Source of the DNA: Oikopleura dioica
Taxonomy: Eukaryota; Animalia; Chordata
Direction of reading: 5' to 3'
Length of the DNA stretch: 64,000 nucleotides
Assembly: GCA_907165135.1 (NCBI GenBank)
Contig: OU015569.1
Coordinates: 1-64,000 of the forward strand
A program made the position numbers and the translations under genes. The notes beneath the pieces are model-generated. The model saw only the letters and a program-made list of their open reading frames with translations, ran no database searches and was not told the DNA's origin. Position 1 is the first letter of the stretch, and the number at the start of each line of letters is the position of its first letter. Shown here in pieces: positions 10,740 to 21,401 of the stretch.

Positions 10740-12630
10740 CTTGTGTTCTAGCTTGAAAATTCTCGCTGCTTCGCGAACTCCGGATAAGTAGGGACTGTCA
10801 CTCCTGTCACTGTATGTGGGAAATACCTATCAAACATTTTTTATAGAGAGATGCGCTTTAACGTACCGATTGGTGGCTTCTCCAGCGAAAAATAATCGAT
10901 CCGAAGCTGGTTCCGCCATTTTGTCGTAGTCTTTTCCGGTTGAACCGAGTTTGATAAATGAATAACTCATATGGGAGTATTCTTCTTTTCCCCAGCGTGT
11001 AATGTGGAAGCTCAGGGGCTCTGGGCTCGTGATTTCTATGAAGATTTCTTTTTTAAGAGTCACAAAATGGCGACAATTCAAGTAAAAAGGAGCTTGTTTA
11101 TTGACCCTTGCTTTGAAGCGTCGCAATCGCACTAGAAACGAGCTGTTTATCACTCATCGAATGATAAATATCAGACGAAGCTCCAGCTGCGATCGAATTG
11201 AGAGTAAAATGATCACTCTCAGGCGATGGAATATCGAAGAACACATTAAAAATCCCCGACGTATCGTGTTCATCATCAGCGTCGACGCCTGAGTCGGAGC
11301 CAGAAACGCTGATGGAGCCAAAGAAATCAGCGCCTCCGATCTTGTAACTCCACCATTTTGAATCGAAGCGGAGGAGACATTTTTCTATCAGGCCGGCACC
11401 GATGTTTTCTACAGCGCGCCATTTTCGCGGAGATAAGTCGGTGGTGAAATTGATGGTTTTCCTTTTCATGAGGGCGAGTGGGATTGACACGACGCATCTT
11501 TGAAATGGATACAGAAGTCTTATTTCAAGCTATTTTACAAAATTGGTCAGCCACTTGCGGCTTCAAGATCTATTATTTATCTGTATCCGATCCTATCCGC
11601 CTCAATTTTCTCCCCATGAGTCGTCTCGAGCAGTTTCATTTCTGTTTTTGAGTATCTTTCCGCGCTTTGGCAGACGTATTCTTTGTGAGCGAGGTTAATC
11701 GCGTCGATGAGTGGAATGTCCTTTTTCTTGTCTAATCTCCAGTCGGATAAAATGTCCAAAATCGTGTGGAAATGATGCTCCATTCTCAAGTCTGGTCCAC
11801 GCGCAATCGATTTGGATTTGACAAAAAGGTCTCATTGGCTTCCGAGGATGTGGACATCGTGGTAGATTTGACGACTCATGGTGATGATAGGGTTGTTTTG
11901 GCGGCCGTTGATGACCATTGCTCCTGCAGCTACCTAAAAATGGACGATAAGTGAGCTTTTTTCACTCAAACGAACCTTAGGTGCCCAAACATGAACTCGT
12001 CCTCCTATTCTCTTCCTCGCCCCTAGAATCTTCTTATTGAATCCAAAGTTATGAAGCTGTCTGGCTGTAGAAATTCCTGATGGTCCAGCTCCAATTACAA
12101 CAGTCGTTTCTCGTTTCTCCAGCGGAATGTTTTTGAGAACCAACGGCCTGGGTATGTCCTCAAAGATGCCAAAGTTGATAATGCCCTTTATCGTAAGAAA
12201 TTTTATAACAAGATTGAATAGTTCTGGCAGAGCGGCGCGAATGTATCCTCTTACAATCGCATTTTGCATGCAGCTCTCTGGAGTAACCAAAATCGTCAGA
12301 GAAATAGACCACATCGAAACGACCAGATTTCTCACCGCTAGAATAATCTCTGCGCGGCGGGTGGAAAGGTTTGGTAGTGCGCCACTTCATCTGGTTCGAA
12401 GGAATCGGGCTTGAGCGTCAAAGCAGCTGGGTTGCCACCGGGCTGGTAAAACGGACGACGATTGCGAAGACTGAAACAGCTGTTTTTTGAGTTGGTATTT
12501 CTTGGCTTGCGAGAGGGGAAGAAACGGTTGCGGTAGATTTTTCGAGGAGTCTTTTTCTTTGGAGTTCTTTTCTCGTCGTTGTTGTCGATTAGCTCGCGAT
12601 CCCCTCCATTTCAGCCCTGAAGAAGTCATT
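10740..12630 (-). pseudogene. KDM1B: Lysine-specific demethylase LSD2 degenerate copy
   Basis: RPFYQP, SWIRM-like LAVRNLVVSMW..IVRGYIR, VIGAGPSG, GAGLIEK..KIGGADFFG and LFFAGEATNR. Lesions: frameshift ~12350, TGA at 11832-11834, deletion of roughly 70 codons ~11620, and a net +8-nt insertion ~10795-10811. Confidence 0.85.
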
Positions 12631-13059
12631 CACCAGATTAGCCACGCTCATCTTAGCCGCTCATCAGACAAATGGCCGATTGGGCCTTATTCTAAAGATC
12701 GCTTCAGTTAGCTTGCTACAGTAATTTCACATTTAATCGAGTGCAGATCAAAAATAATCAGTGAAGAAAACCCCTTCTTTTTATTTCTTGTTTTCTACTT
12801 CTCTGTTTTCTTCCTTTTTCATCCCTTTCCCACCGCTTTCGCCTTTTCTCTTTTTCTCGCCTTTGAAATCTCCGCGCACGCTGATTGGTCCGCGCGCGGA
12901 GCGAAATATTTTAATCACCGAGATTTTTGAAATTCTTGAATGGAGGTCGATTCTAGCGCTTGGAATGCAGAACTAGAAAAGGGAGAAGACGAAAATGTGG
13001 AAAAGAGAGGAGAGAATTATTCTGAAGAATAATTGAGCCGGCGAAAAGCGCGAAAACAA

Positions 13060-13671
13060 ATGCCAGATCTGGAAGAATTCGGCGAAGATGAAGATGACGA
13101 CGAGTGGGAAGTTGTTCAGGCAACGCACTGCCATTTGGAACTTCCCGACTGCCCTGTCAAGGTACAGTAATGAACTGATCCTTCTAGCCGTCTATAATTG
13201 ATAAATTTTAGCTTTCCGAAGCAGAGAAAATCCGCGTGGTCGGGCTGGACTCGGAAGAGCCCTTCATCCAAGTCAACAACATTTTCTTCAAAGGAAACTA
13301 CGAAAAGACGCTGAAGACAACGATCTTCTTCGACGGCAACAGCGAGGCGCAGAGCATGGTTGGCCAGGAAATCGGGAAAACCGAAAGAAAACTGCTGATG
13401 AAGGAAGTCCACTTGATCAAGAGACGCGACTCCCTCCACGAAGCAGGTTTGAGTCATTTTGAAATTTTTAATAAAGTTATTTTCGGAAGACCGCGAAAAA
13501 CGAGGCCGATTCCGAAATAACGACAGTCCGCCGCCCTTCCTCGAAAAAGAGTCTTCTTCGCGGGCGATAATTCCAAACTCAGACTCGGAGTCGGAGCATG
13601 ACTCGGATGAAGACTCCCTTATCGAGATTTCTGACGGTTCTGAAGAAGAAGCGGAAATGAACGAAGAATGA
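13060..13671 (+). CDS. GTF3C6: TFIIIC subunit 6 (Tau55/Sfc7 domain)-like protein
   Basis: Acidic N-terminus, in-phase intron 13162-13211, KIRVVGLDSEEPFIQVNNIFFKGNYEKTLKTTIFF, and an acidic tail after a second intron (~13448-13490). Confidence 0.7.
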
Positions 13672-13837
13672 ACTTTTTTGCGAACTTAATAAGTGGAGTC
13701 TTTTCAAAGTTCAGTGATAGCAGTTCTGATTAAAATATTCAAAGAGTTCTCTTCTGCTTCTAAATTACTCATAAACCAAGCTTACAAGTCTCAGACTCAA
13801 TTCATGTTTCTGCAAATAAAACAAAAGTCAATTTTCG

Positions 13838-14670
13838 TTATGCTGGCTGCTTGCACTTCGGAAACTCGCTGTTTCGGCCTGTCCAGGGGCAGCTTGCTCT
13901 CCCATTTGCGTGTTCGTCTAGCATTGCTCGCATCACGTCAAACATGAAGTTGCAGAAGTCATCGTCGACGCGGCGGTTGAAGACGGATTGCTTCATAAAA
14001 AGATATGGCCAGACGCAGGTCATTTCTTGCTCTTGCTCTAGAACGAATTTGAGACCTTGCAAGTTCGTTTAAAGTACCTTCGAATGAAAACTCCGCTGAT
14101 TCGGTTATACTCCCACAAGTTTATGTTCAAGAAGTCGTAAATGTCCTTGTTGAATTTCTCGTAGAGGCGAATGATGTAGAAGGTGAGGTCGAAGGCTCTT
14201 TTGCCGTGTAGTGGAATTGCCATCAGTTTCCGATACATCACTTCAGTATCGACAGGATTAGCGCCCCGGCTAATTGCACACCAAAGCCCAGCGCTCCGCA
14301 AATCCACTCAACCCCCGCTGCGTATATAGAACACCCAGCGTACCCTTATCAATCTAGTACTGTCACCTCCGGTACCCCTTCTCTTTGGTGCCAAGCCATC
14401 TAGTAGCGCCCTTAGACTCCCAAACCCTTTATAAACTGCACTCATCACTGTTTCAAACATTCATTATTCACTTTCTGCAATAAATTGCCTTTTACAAGTC
14501 GCCGAGCTTGTTCTTTGTCAAACCCAGTGGTAATTCCACTACAGCCGAATTCTGAGTTGTCATAGTCAATCAGCAGCAGTCTTTCCTCCCTTGAGCGTCG
14601 CGGATGAAAACGTTTCCGTCGTGAGCGTCGTTGTGGAACCAAACGGTGGGCGAAATGGTGCTCCACTGGA
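13838..14670 (-). pseudogene. Intronless interrupted ORF of unknown family
   Basis: Three consecutive ORF pieces (14445-14666, 14038-14307, 13838-14062) linked across in-frame stops and one frameshift. No recognised motif. Confidence 0.25.
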
Positions 14671-15799
14671 CATCATACATGAAGTTGTCTGCTGCCCGAC
14701 TCCCTCCTCGACCCATTTCTTTTCGAAATCATAGAAGAAAATAAATTTTTATCAAGCCTTGGCGGGATCAGTAGCTGTTTCGTAGTGCGATCTGATCGCT
14801 CTCGTGTTCATTTTGGCTTCATTTTCAAAAATAAATAATAGTAACTCTCAATTATTACTTTTAATACATGTCAACTATGCTTCAGATATTTTGCCTTTCT
14901 TTAGATCCCAAGCGAAAACAAGCGTTTTCTTATTAACGACCTCATCGCACTGATGAAGCGGACAAGGACACTCTCCTCGGGAATATTTCTCGAAAGGATT
15001 TCTCCGGTAAAGTTATGTGTTCTTGTCAATCGAACACACAATTGATCGCAGCGCGAAGCAGTTTGTTTCTTGTTGATTCCTTGGCTTGCTGAACTTAGCT
15101 TGAACATCATGGCGTGCTGATCAAGGGTAAATTCTGCGACTTGAATAATAGAGTGATGAAGAAACTTGTCGTTTTGGTCAGGGAGGACGATTTCGTCTTT
15201 GATTATCAAAGAAAATGCCAAAAGAATCCGTTAAAAGACGACTTGAATTCGAGCCCTACCCGGTCAAGAAGGAACAAGAAGAAAGTGCCGCTGCCGTTGA
15301 ATTCGAAATCGAGTGGAATATTGCAGCAGAAGATCTCGTCGTCTTTCACGACATGGGAACTCAAACTTCGCCCAAAAAGTCGACAAACGAAAGCGAAAAT
15401 AACGCAAAATAGAAGAAGAAAAATCAACGAAGACGAAAATTAAGCAACAAAAAAATGATGATCAAATCGAAAACTGGCGAACGGCACTCTTGCAGCGCTT
15501 AGCCACTGAACTAGTTAACGGTATTCTTATCTGATTTTTTTTACTGCTTTCTTTTAATTAACAGTAATTAATCGAAACGAGAGAAATATTTTTGCAATCG
15601 TTGTTTATTTTTATAGACTACTAGAAATTAATAAAAGCTAGAGCGCCTTCTGCAGCTACAGTAGAGTCGCCTTCAAAAGGGAAATTGAAAGAGGCAGCTT
15701 CGATGGAATGCAAAACATCGTTTTTCATTCAAGTTTGACAGAAAGGCAATATTTAAAATTGAACAAGTTCGGAGCAAGTGAACTCGCAAAGGCGCTTAT

Positions 15800-18500
15800 T
15801 TACTCTTTTGAGATGTGGATGTTGGTGGCAGAACCAGCCAGACTGGCAGCCTTGCTGTTTACGGCGAGCAATTTGCTGGAAGCTGTTACGGAAGCATGCG
15901 CGCTGTTTGCTCGATACTGTGGCAGCTCGTCGTTCACTTCGACCTCGAATTTCTTGAGCATTTCGGCCAGCACGTCCTGAATCAAATACTCGTTATTTTC
16001 TTGAGCGAGGAAAAGAACGTACGTTGCAGTTGACGATTCTGAACTTGATTTCCTTCTCTTCCATTTTGTTGGCGATCTTGGCGATGGAGCGGGCGGCGGA
16101 GGAGTCGCCCATGTAGACGCCGTTCAAGTCGAGCGCGACTGCGTTGATTTCCTCCTCTTCTTTAAAAGCAAGTTGACTCGATCCAAAAGAGTCTGAATTT
16201 TAAAATTGAGCCTGCTTTGTTCATCGAGCGAGTTCATACCTCGCAAACGGGGAAGGCGATTCCGTGAGCGATCTTGATCGTGAAGCTCTTGTTTGCTCCG
16301 CTGACGACGGTGATTTGGGGGCTGTTCTGAGAGTAGAGAAGCATCGCGATGTGCAGGAAGATTCCAACGACGATGCCGATTCGGAAATCTTGAGAAAGCA
16401 GAATTTGAATCTGAATTCACGGCAAAGACGATTCTTACCGACGCAGGAGAGGGCGAAAGTGGCAATCATCGGGATCGACTCAATTTTCGAAAGCGTCCAG
16501 ACCTGCTTGATCGCGTCAAAGTCGAACATAGAACCGACGGCGGCCATGATCACCGCTGCTAGCGCTGCAGTAGGAATCCATCTACAAAGAAACTCTTTGT
16601 TCTGCATTTTCGCTGTGAAATCACCTGAAGTATTCGGCGAGAAGGACGGCAGAGATCATGACAACAACGGCGGTGATGAGGTTTCCAGCCTGAGTGGCAG
16701 CGTTCGACTCGAAGTTGAGACTTGATCTTGAAAAGCAGCCGGAAACCGGCATCGAAGAAACCAAGGAAGACATCACACCGCCTTGGAAATGGTCATTCGC
16801 AAGCTTTTGATTTCGGTTTTGTTACCTGTTCCGATCGCCAAAAAGTCGTTTCGTGCGTTGACTTGATAGTTGCCACGCTCGGCGAGCGACTTGCCAATCC
16901 CAATCGACTGAAGAATCGCTACAAATGGCACGATGATGATTCCGGATCCAAGCGTCGTTAGCATGTCAACGATGCCGGCGGACTCGCCATTCTCAAGCTC
17001 GATATTTGTGTCGGGAAAGGCGATTGGGGGCAAAGTGATGGCAGAAATGGTTGTTGGAGTGATGCAATCTTATGCGGACTGTTTCTTTGGTTCTGCTACT
17101 AGAAACTAGACTAGTTTCTGAAATAGCCTCGTTCCTTTTGCGTTCGGGTCGGTTATGTTCAAATCGATGGGCTCGTCAGCGAAGGGGCAGTTGTTTCCAG
17201 AAGAATAAAGAATGAAAGAAGTGATGGCGAGCACAAAGGCGTTTCGAAGAGTAGCAACGATCCAAAGAACTTTTCTCAAGATCCTCACAAGCGCGGAGTC
17301 GCCCTCTTTCGGATCTGCGAAGTGAATTCGGAGATGTTTCAAGGCGAGGAGAGTAGCGAGCGTGCTCAGTCCAATAATTGCGTCGTAGTATTTCGACTCT
17401 CCAAGGCGCATGACCATGGCGACCATTTTCTGGTAGAAAGGTCCAGGAAGGCCAGAGAGACCAAACACTCGCTCGAGAAGAGAAAAGGGGATGATGATCG
17501 AGGCAGCTGGAAATTACGCTTTCGCAAAATCTGGCGATGAAATCAAGGAAGACTACTTTTGAAAGTGATTATTGAAAGCGCATTCCTGAAATAAAACCAA
17601 CGAGAACAGGATTTGAAATGTAGTTGACGACAGCGCCCAGATCGAAAATTCCGAGAAGAAGAATGATCGCTCCGGAGCAGAAACAGAGCAAGTTCGCCAA
17701 TCTCGGGTCCGATTCAGATCTGAAAAGCGCCGTTTTCGAAGTCTCAAGGGAAGGATTGTTACGTGACGCCAGCCATCGGAATCCACGTTTCTGGTCGCAT
17801 GCAGTACTGCGCCGTCAACATCGAAGTCAGGGACTGGGGACCGACGGCGAGATCTTTCGAGCTGCCCATGAATGTGTAGACGATGGCTGAAGAGAGAAGC
17901 TAATATTTTTGTTGCTTGTTGTGGAAATGAAGCGATCCAAAGTTCATGGAAAGTGGAAATCAACAAGAAAACACCCCTAATTTCCATAAATAGAAATAGC
18001 TTGACCCGCAGGTCCTTTGTGGCTGCTAAGTGCATTTACTCTCCTCTTGTGGTCGACAAATATTTGTTTTCGCTTCTTACGAAATGAACTAATGAAATTC
18101 ATAAAAGCACCGATCTGGCAGTGTAAAAGCCTGCTTTAGCCTCTTTTCCTGAAACGTAGGAAGTGTAAAGTCCATATTCTGTCGGCAACTTCGCCAAACT
18201 AGCGTATGCGAGACCCTTAATTTTCAAGTTAAGTTTGTTTCTGCCGTTCTGAAGGTCGCGCTGCGGTCTTACCTGTGGCACGACAGTCAGAGCTACAGTG
18301 AGACCAGCAATAATGTCGCGAGAAAGATATTCTTTTGGCTGGTATCGAGGAGCCCAAGTGAAAATTGGAAAGTAGGGCTAAAGCAGTATTTGTTAGTTTT
18401 TCTTCGTAACAAGTAATCTTTTTTATTAATGTTAATTGATAATTTCGTCATTAATCGAAAGCGTAAAAACCTTTATTCTCTCCATAGTGCGTTCTCTGAA
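15800..18500 (-). CDS. SLC26A11: SLC26 anion/sulfate transporter with STAS domain, multi-exon; 5' end approximate
   Basis: DIIAGLTVALTVVPQ|GLAYASLAKLPTEYGLY, GSSKDLAVGP, VNYISNPVLVGF, MPVSGCFSRS and STAS-like VALDLNGVYMGDSSA. The exon junctions checked were in phase, three of them GA-AG. Confidence 0.85.
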
Positions 18501-19245
18501 GCGCGCGGTGCAAGTTGTGGGGTCCTGAACTGAGGAGCTCTGTCCAAAATCCGCTTTATTTGTATTTAGCTTGAAAGTAAAGAAACTATAAGAACCCTCG
18601 TGTTTTTTCGCAGTGTGCGATTTCTGACTTGTCGACTTTCTCGCTCGCGTCAATGCGACCGCAGCGGAGAAGGCTATTATGAGCCCTCGTTAAAATTTTT
18701 CATAATCTACCCTTACAACCTTTATTTTGACTCTTTTGGGCGGAGACGCTTTGCTGACTTCGTGTGACTTTTTTCGGCGAAGATTAATTTCACCGCAGCC
18801 GCTTTTCGCTGACGAGTAAAGAACTCTTCTTCCCGTCGTGAGAGGTTTTCTTGCGACTATTCCCGAGTAGGAGCTTCTGTCAGACAGCAGTCTCCCAGCT
18901 CGTGTTTGTTTTACGCAGCGCAACATCTGAGCGACAGGAAGCACGAGAGCTATGTATGTCCTTTGCTCTGAAATCACTCTTCAATCATCCATTCTGACTT
19001 GATATTTGAGCACTTTCGCGGAGTCGTTGATTTTTAGTGCTCGCAGGAAGAGGAGAATCGACTTTCTCTTACATAAGCTTTGCGCCGTTTCTGTTCAGAA
19101 ATGACCCAAAAAGCGCGTAAAACTTCATTTACAAATATTAATCGTGGCTTGATACTATCAAGCCTCTTTCGAAACGTCTCTAGAACTCGACTCTTCTTGC
19201 AAGTTTTCTTTTACGATCTGGCAAAACAGACAAAAGGGCGGAAAA

Positions 19246-19660
19246 TGGCAAACGGGCGACCAACTCGGAACCGACTGCGAAGCTATGAGCAAGTGATCGG
19301 CCGCGACGGACATCCTATCACTCCGCGCTGCATTTACTTCGCAACGCGCTGCAACACCTTCGGTAAGTTTGAAATCTTTGAGGATCAGGAAATGAATGTT
19401 GAAAGGTCGCTGGGCTCTCAATTGGTGGAAAATCGATCGCAAGATGGAACAAAAAGCTGCGGAGCGAGCGCGCTTCCCTTCCCGAGGAGGTAATTTTTAC
19501 TCACTTTTTCACTGATAAGAGCGTTGAAATTTAGCCTGGCGTCGGCACGGAGCCGCAGCGGGAACAATTTCCGGGGGACGAAGATGGGTCCCTTCAACTC
19601 GACTTCTGGGCGGATAGAAGCCGCTTTCTTTTTGAAACTTGCTTTTTTGGATTATTTATT
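19246..19660 (+). CDS. Possible small spliced protein of unknown function
   Basis: ATG-led MANGRPTRNRLRSYEQVIGRDGHPITPRCIYFATRCNTF followed by a GTAAGT donor and a second donor at ~19490. No family recognised. Confidence 0.25.
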
Positions 19661-19788
19661 TTTTTCTGACTTTGGTCTAATAAAAGCCGGGATAACTGAA
19701 AGTTCGGAGTTTATTAAATTGAAGTGGCTGAGGTGGAATTGCTTGAAAGTGGAATAAGTAGCAGTGTAGTTGAAATTCTAATTGAATT

Positions 19789-21401
19789 CTAGTTGCTCGA
19801 TGATCTCGCGATTGGCGATGGAAGGGCGGTTGCGCACCCGCCGCTCCAATTCACCTGCAAATTTTGAGTTTGAGAGAGTTTGAGTTTTTGAGGGAAATGA
19901 AACCTGTTCGACTCCAGAGAGAGGAGGAAGCGGCGAAGAGAAGATCTGCTTCGATCGCTAGTTGTAGCTCGATTTGGGAAATTCTCACGGAGTTCACGAG
20001 CATCTAAAGAAGATGAGTTGACTTTTAAAGCAGTTGTTACCTCGCAGTCAGGAAAAGTTGAAGCCAGAAAGCTTCTAAGAGCGGCGACGGTCAGAACTCG
20101 CAAACCCTTCGACCGGAGAAAGTTCTTGATAAAAATGATAGAATCGAGCAAAAGTGTTAATTTTACCTCTATGTCGCTTGTAGAAGCACTTTTGTCTTCC
20201 TGATAGATGTAGACTGTATTCGCCGTGCTCCCTCTCGCTCTCGCCAGTTTCAAGAGCTCTTCGGCGATCGGGTGATAATTGTCGTCTTTTCGGAACAAGC
20301 GCAGACTCTTGCACCATTCCACCCTCTTCTGCTCGGCAGTGTGCAAGTCCTTGCAGTTTTGAGACCACTCTTCTTCGCCGAATTTCCACTCGACGGCGAA
20401 AAAGGCTCCTTCGGCAAAAGCAGCGGCGATTTCGACGATGTGGTGGGGCACCTGCGTGTGGAAAACGAGCTCTGCGATCAAACTTCCCAGGCTGGGATGC
20501 TCCAAAGCCTCGCCCAAGTCAAAACTCAAGTTGGGAAAAAATAACGCAGCGCAAGTGGCTTCCGGGGAAGGAAAGAAGCTCTTTTGAGAAAGAGTGTTAT
20601 TAGTAGTACTGTCAGCCAAAAAGTGCTGCAAGTCTGCAAGTTGCTCCGACGATTCTTCTTTCGGGTAAAACTCGATTTCAGTTGAGACTGGATTTTCCTC
20701 GTTTAGGCAAAATTGACTTGGTGGCAGTTGAAGGAGGTTTTCTAGGTTGCGAAGTCGCTCCAAACGGTTTCCCTTTTTTGGTTCAGAGTTTTCTCCTTCG
20801 CCGAAATAAATAGCATTTTTGAACCATTCCTTGCAGAAATTCATCTTTTGCGAGAAGACCGCGTCGATTTTCTTGCATTCGTTCTCCCTTTCCAAAGATG
20901 GCAGGACCGATATCAGCGCGCTCACTTGCTGAATTTACAGTCACAAAAAGTTTCATTCGATCATTGATTTACCTTCAAATTGACGAGTCCTGGTAAACTG
21001 ACGATGGTCTCTTCTCCGCGAGAAAAGTCCTGTTCGGAGGCGAAATCGCTCCACTTGTCGGAAATGGCGGAAGGGAGGACGAGTGTCCTGTTGAGTTTAA
21101 TCGAGAGCAAGATGCTCTCGCGCAGTCCACGCAGCTGACCGAGGAATCCAAAGCCGAGGCTCGGCAGGAGGAAGTTCTTTTCCCGCAGCGCGAACTTCGG
21201 CGGCTGGTTGAAATCAAGGAAGAGTTTCACGCGCGGACACGTTCGCGAACTCGGCTCCTCCGAGTAATTGAGCGCGGCGCTCTCTGTGATGAAAATGATT
21301 TGAGTGACGACCAGTTTGGCCAGAATGTAGATGAGTGTGACGATTCCCACTGCTCGCACACTCTTCCTGGCCATCCGCTTCGCCCAGACCTCGCTCGTCA
21401 T
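19789..21401 (-). CDS. Type II membrane O-fucosyltransferase-like (O-FucT/GT-B) protein
   Basis: N-terminal TM (VRAVGIVTLIYILAKLVV), GFLGQLRGLRESILLSIKLNRTLVLP motif, a phase-0 intron ~20932-20969 joining to the 378-aa ORF, and FFAVEWK in the position of the AVHxR motif. Confidence 0.55.

Noticed and set aside
3982-12630. Assigning the pseudogene block to a Y chromosome
   Set aside because: Cannot be supported from sequence alone, and the rest of the window is gene-dense and intact.
17624-18087. Plus-strand ORFs suggesting a gene nested in SLC26A11
   Set aside because: The minus strand here encodes SLC26 exons (AIVYTFMGSSKDLAVGP; LANLLCFCSGAIILLLG), so these are shadow ORFs.
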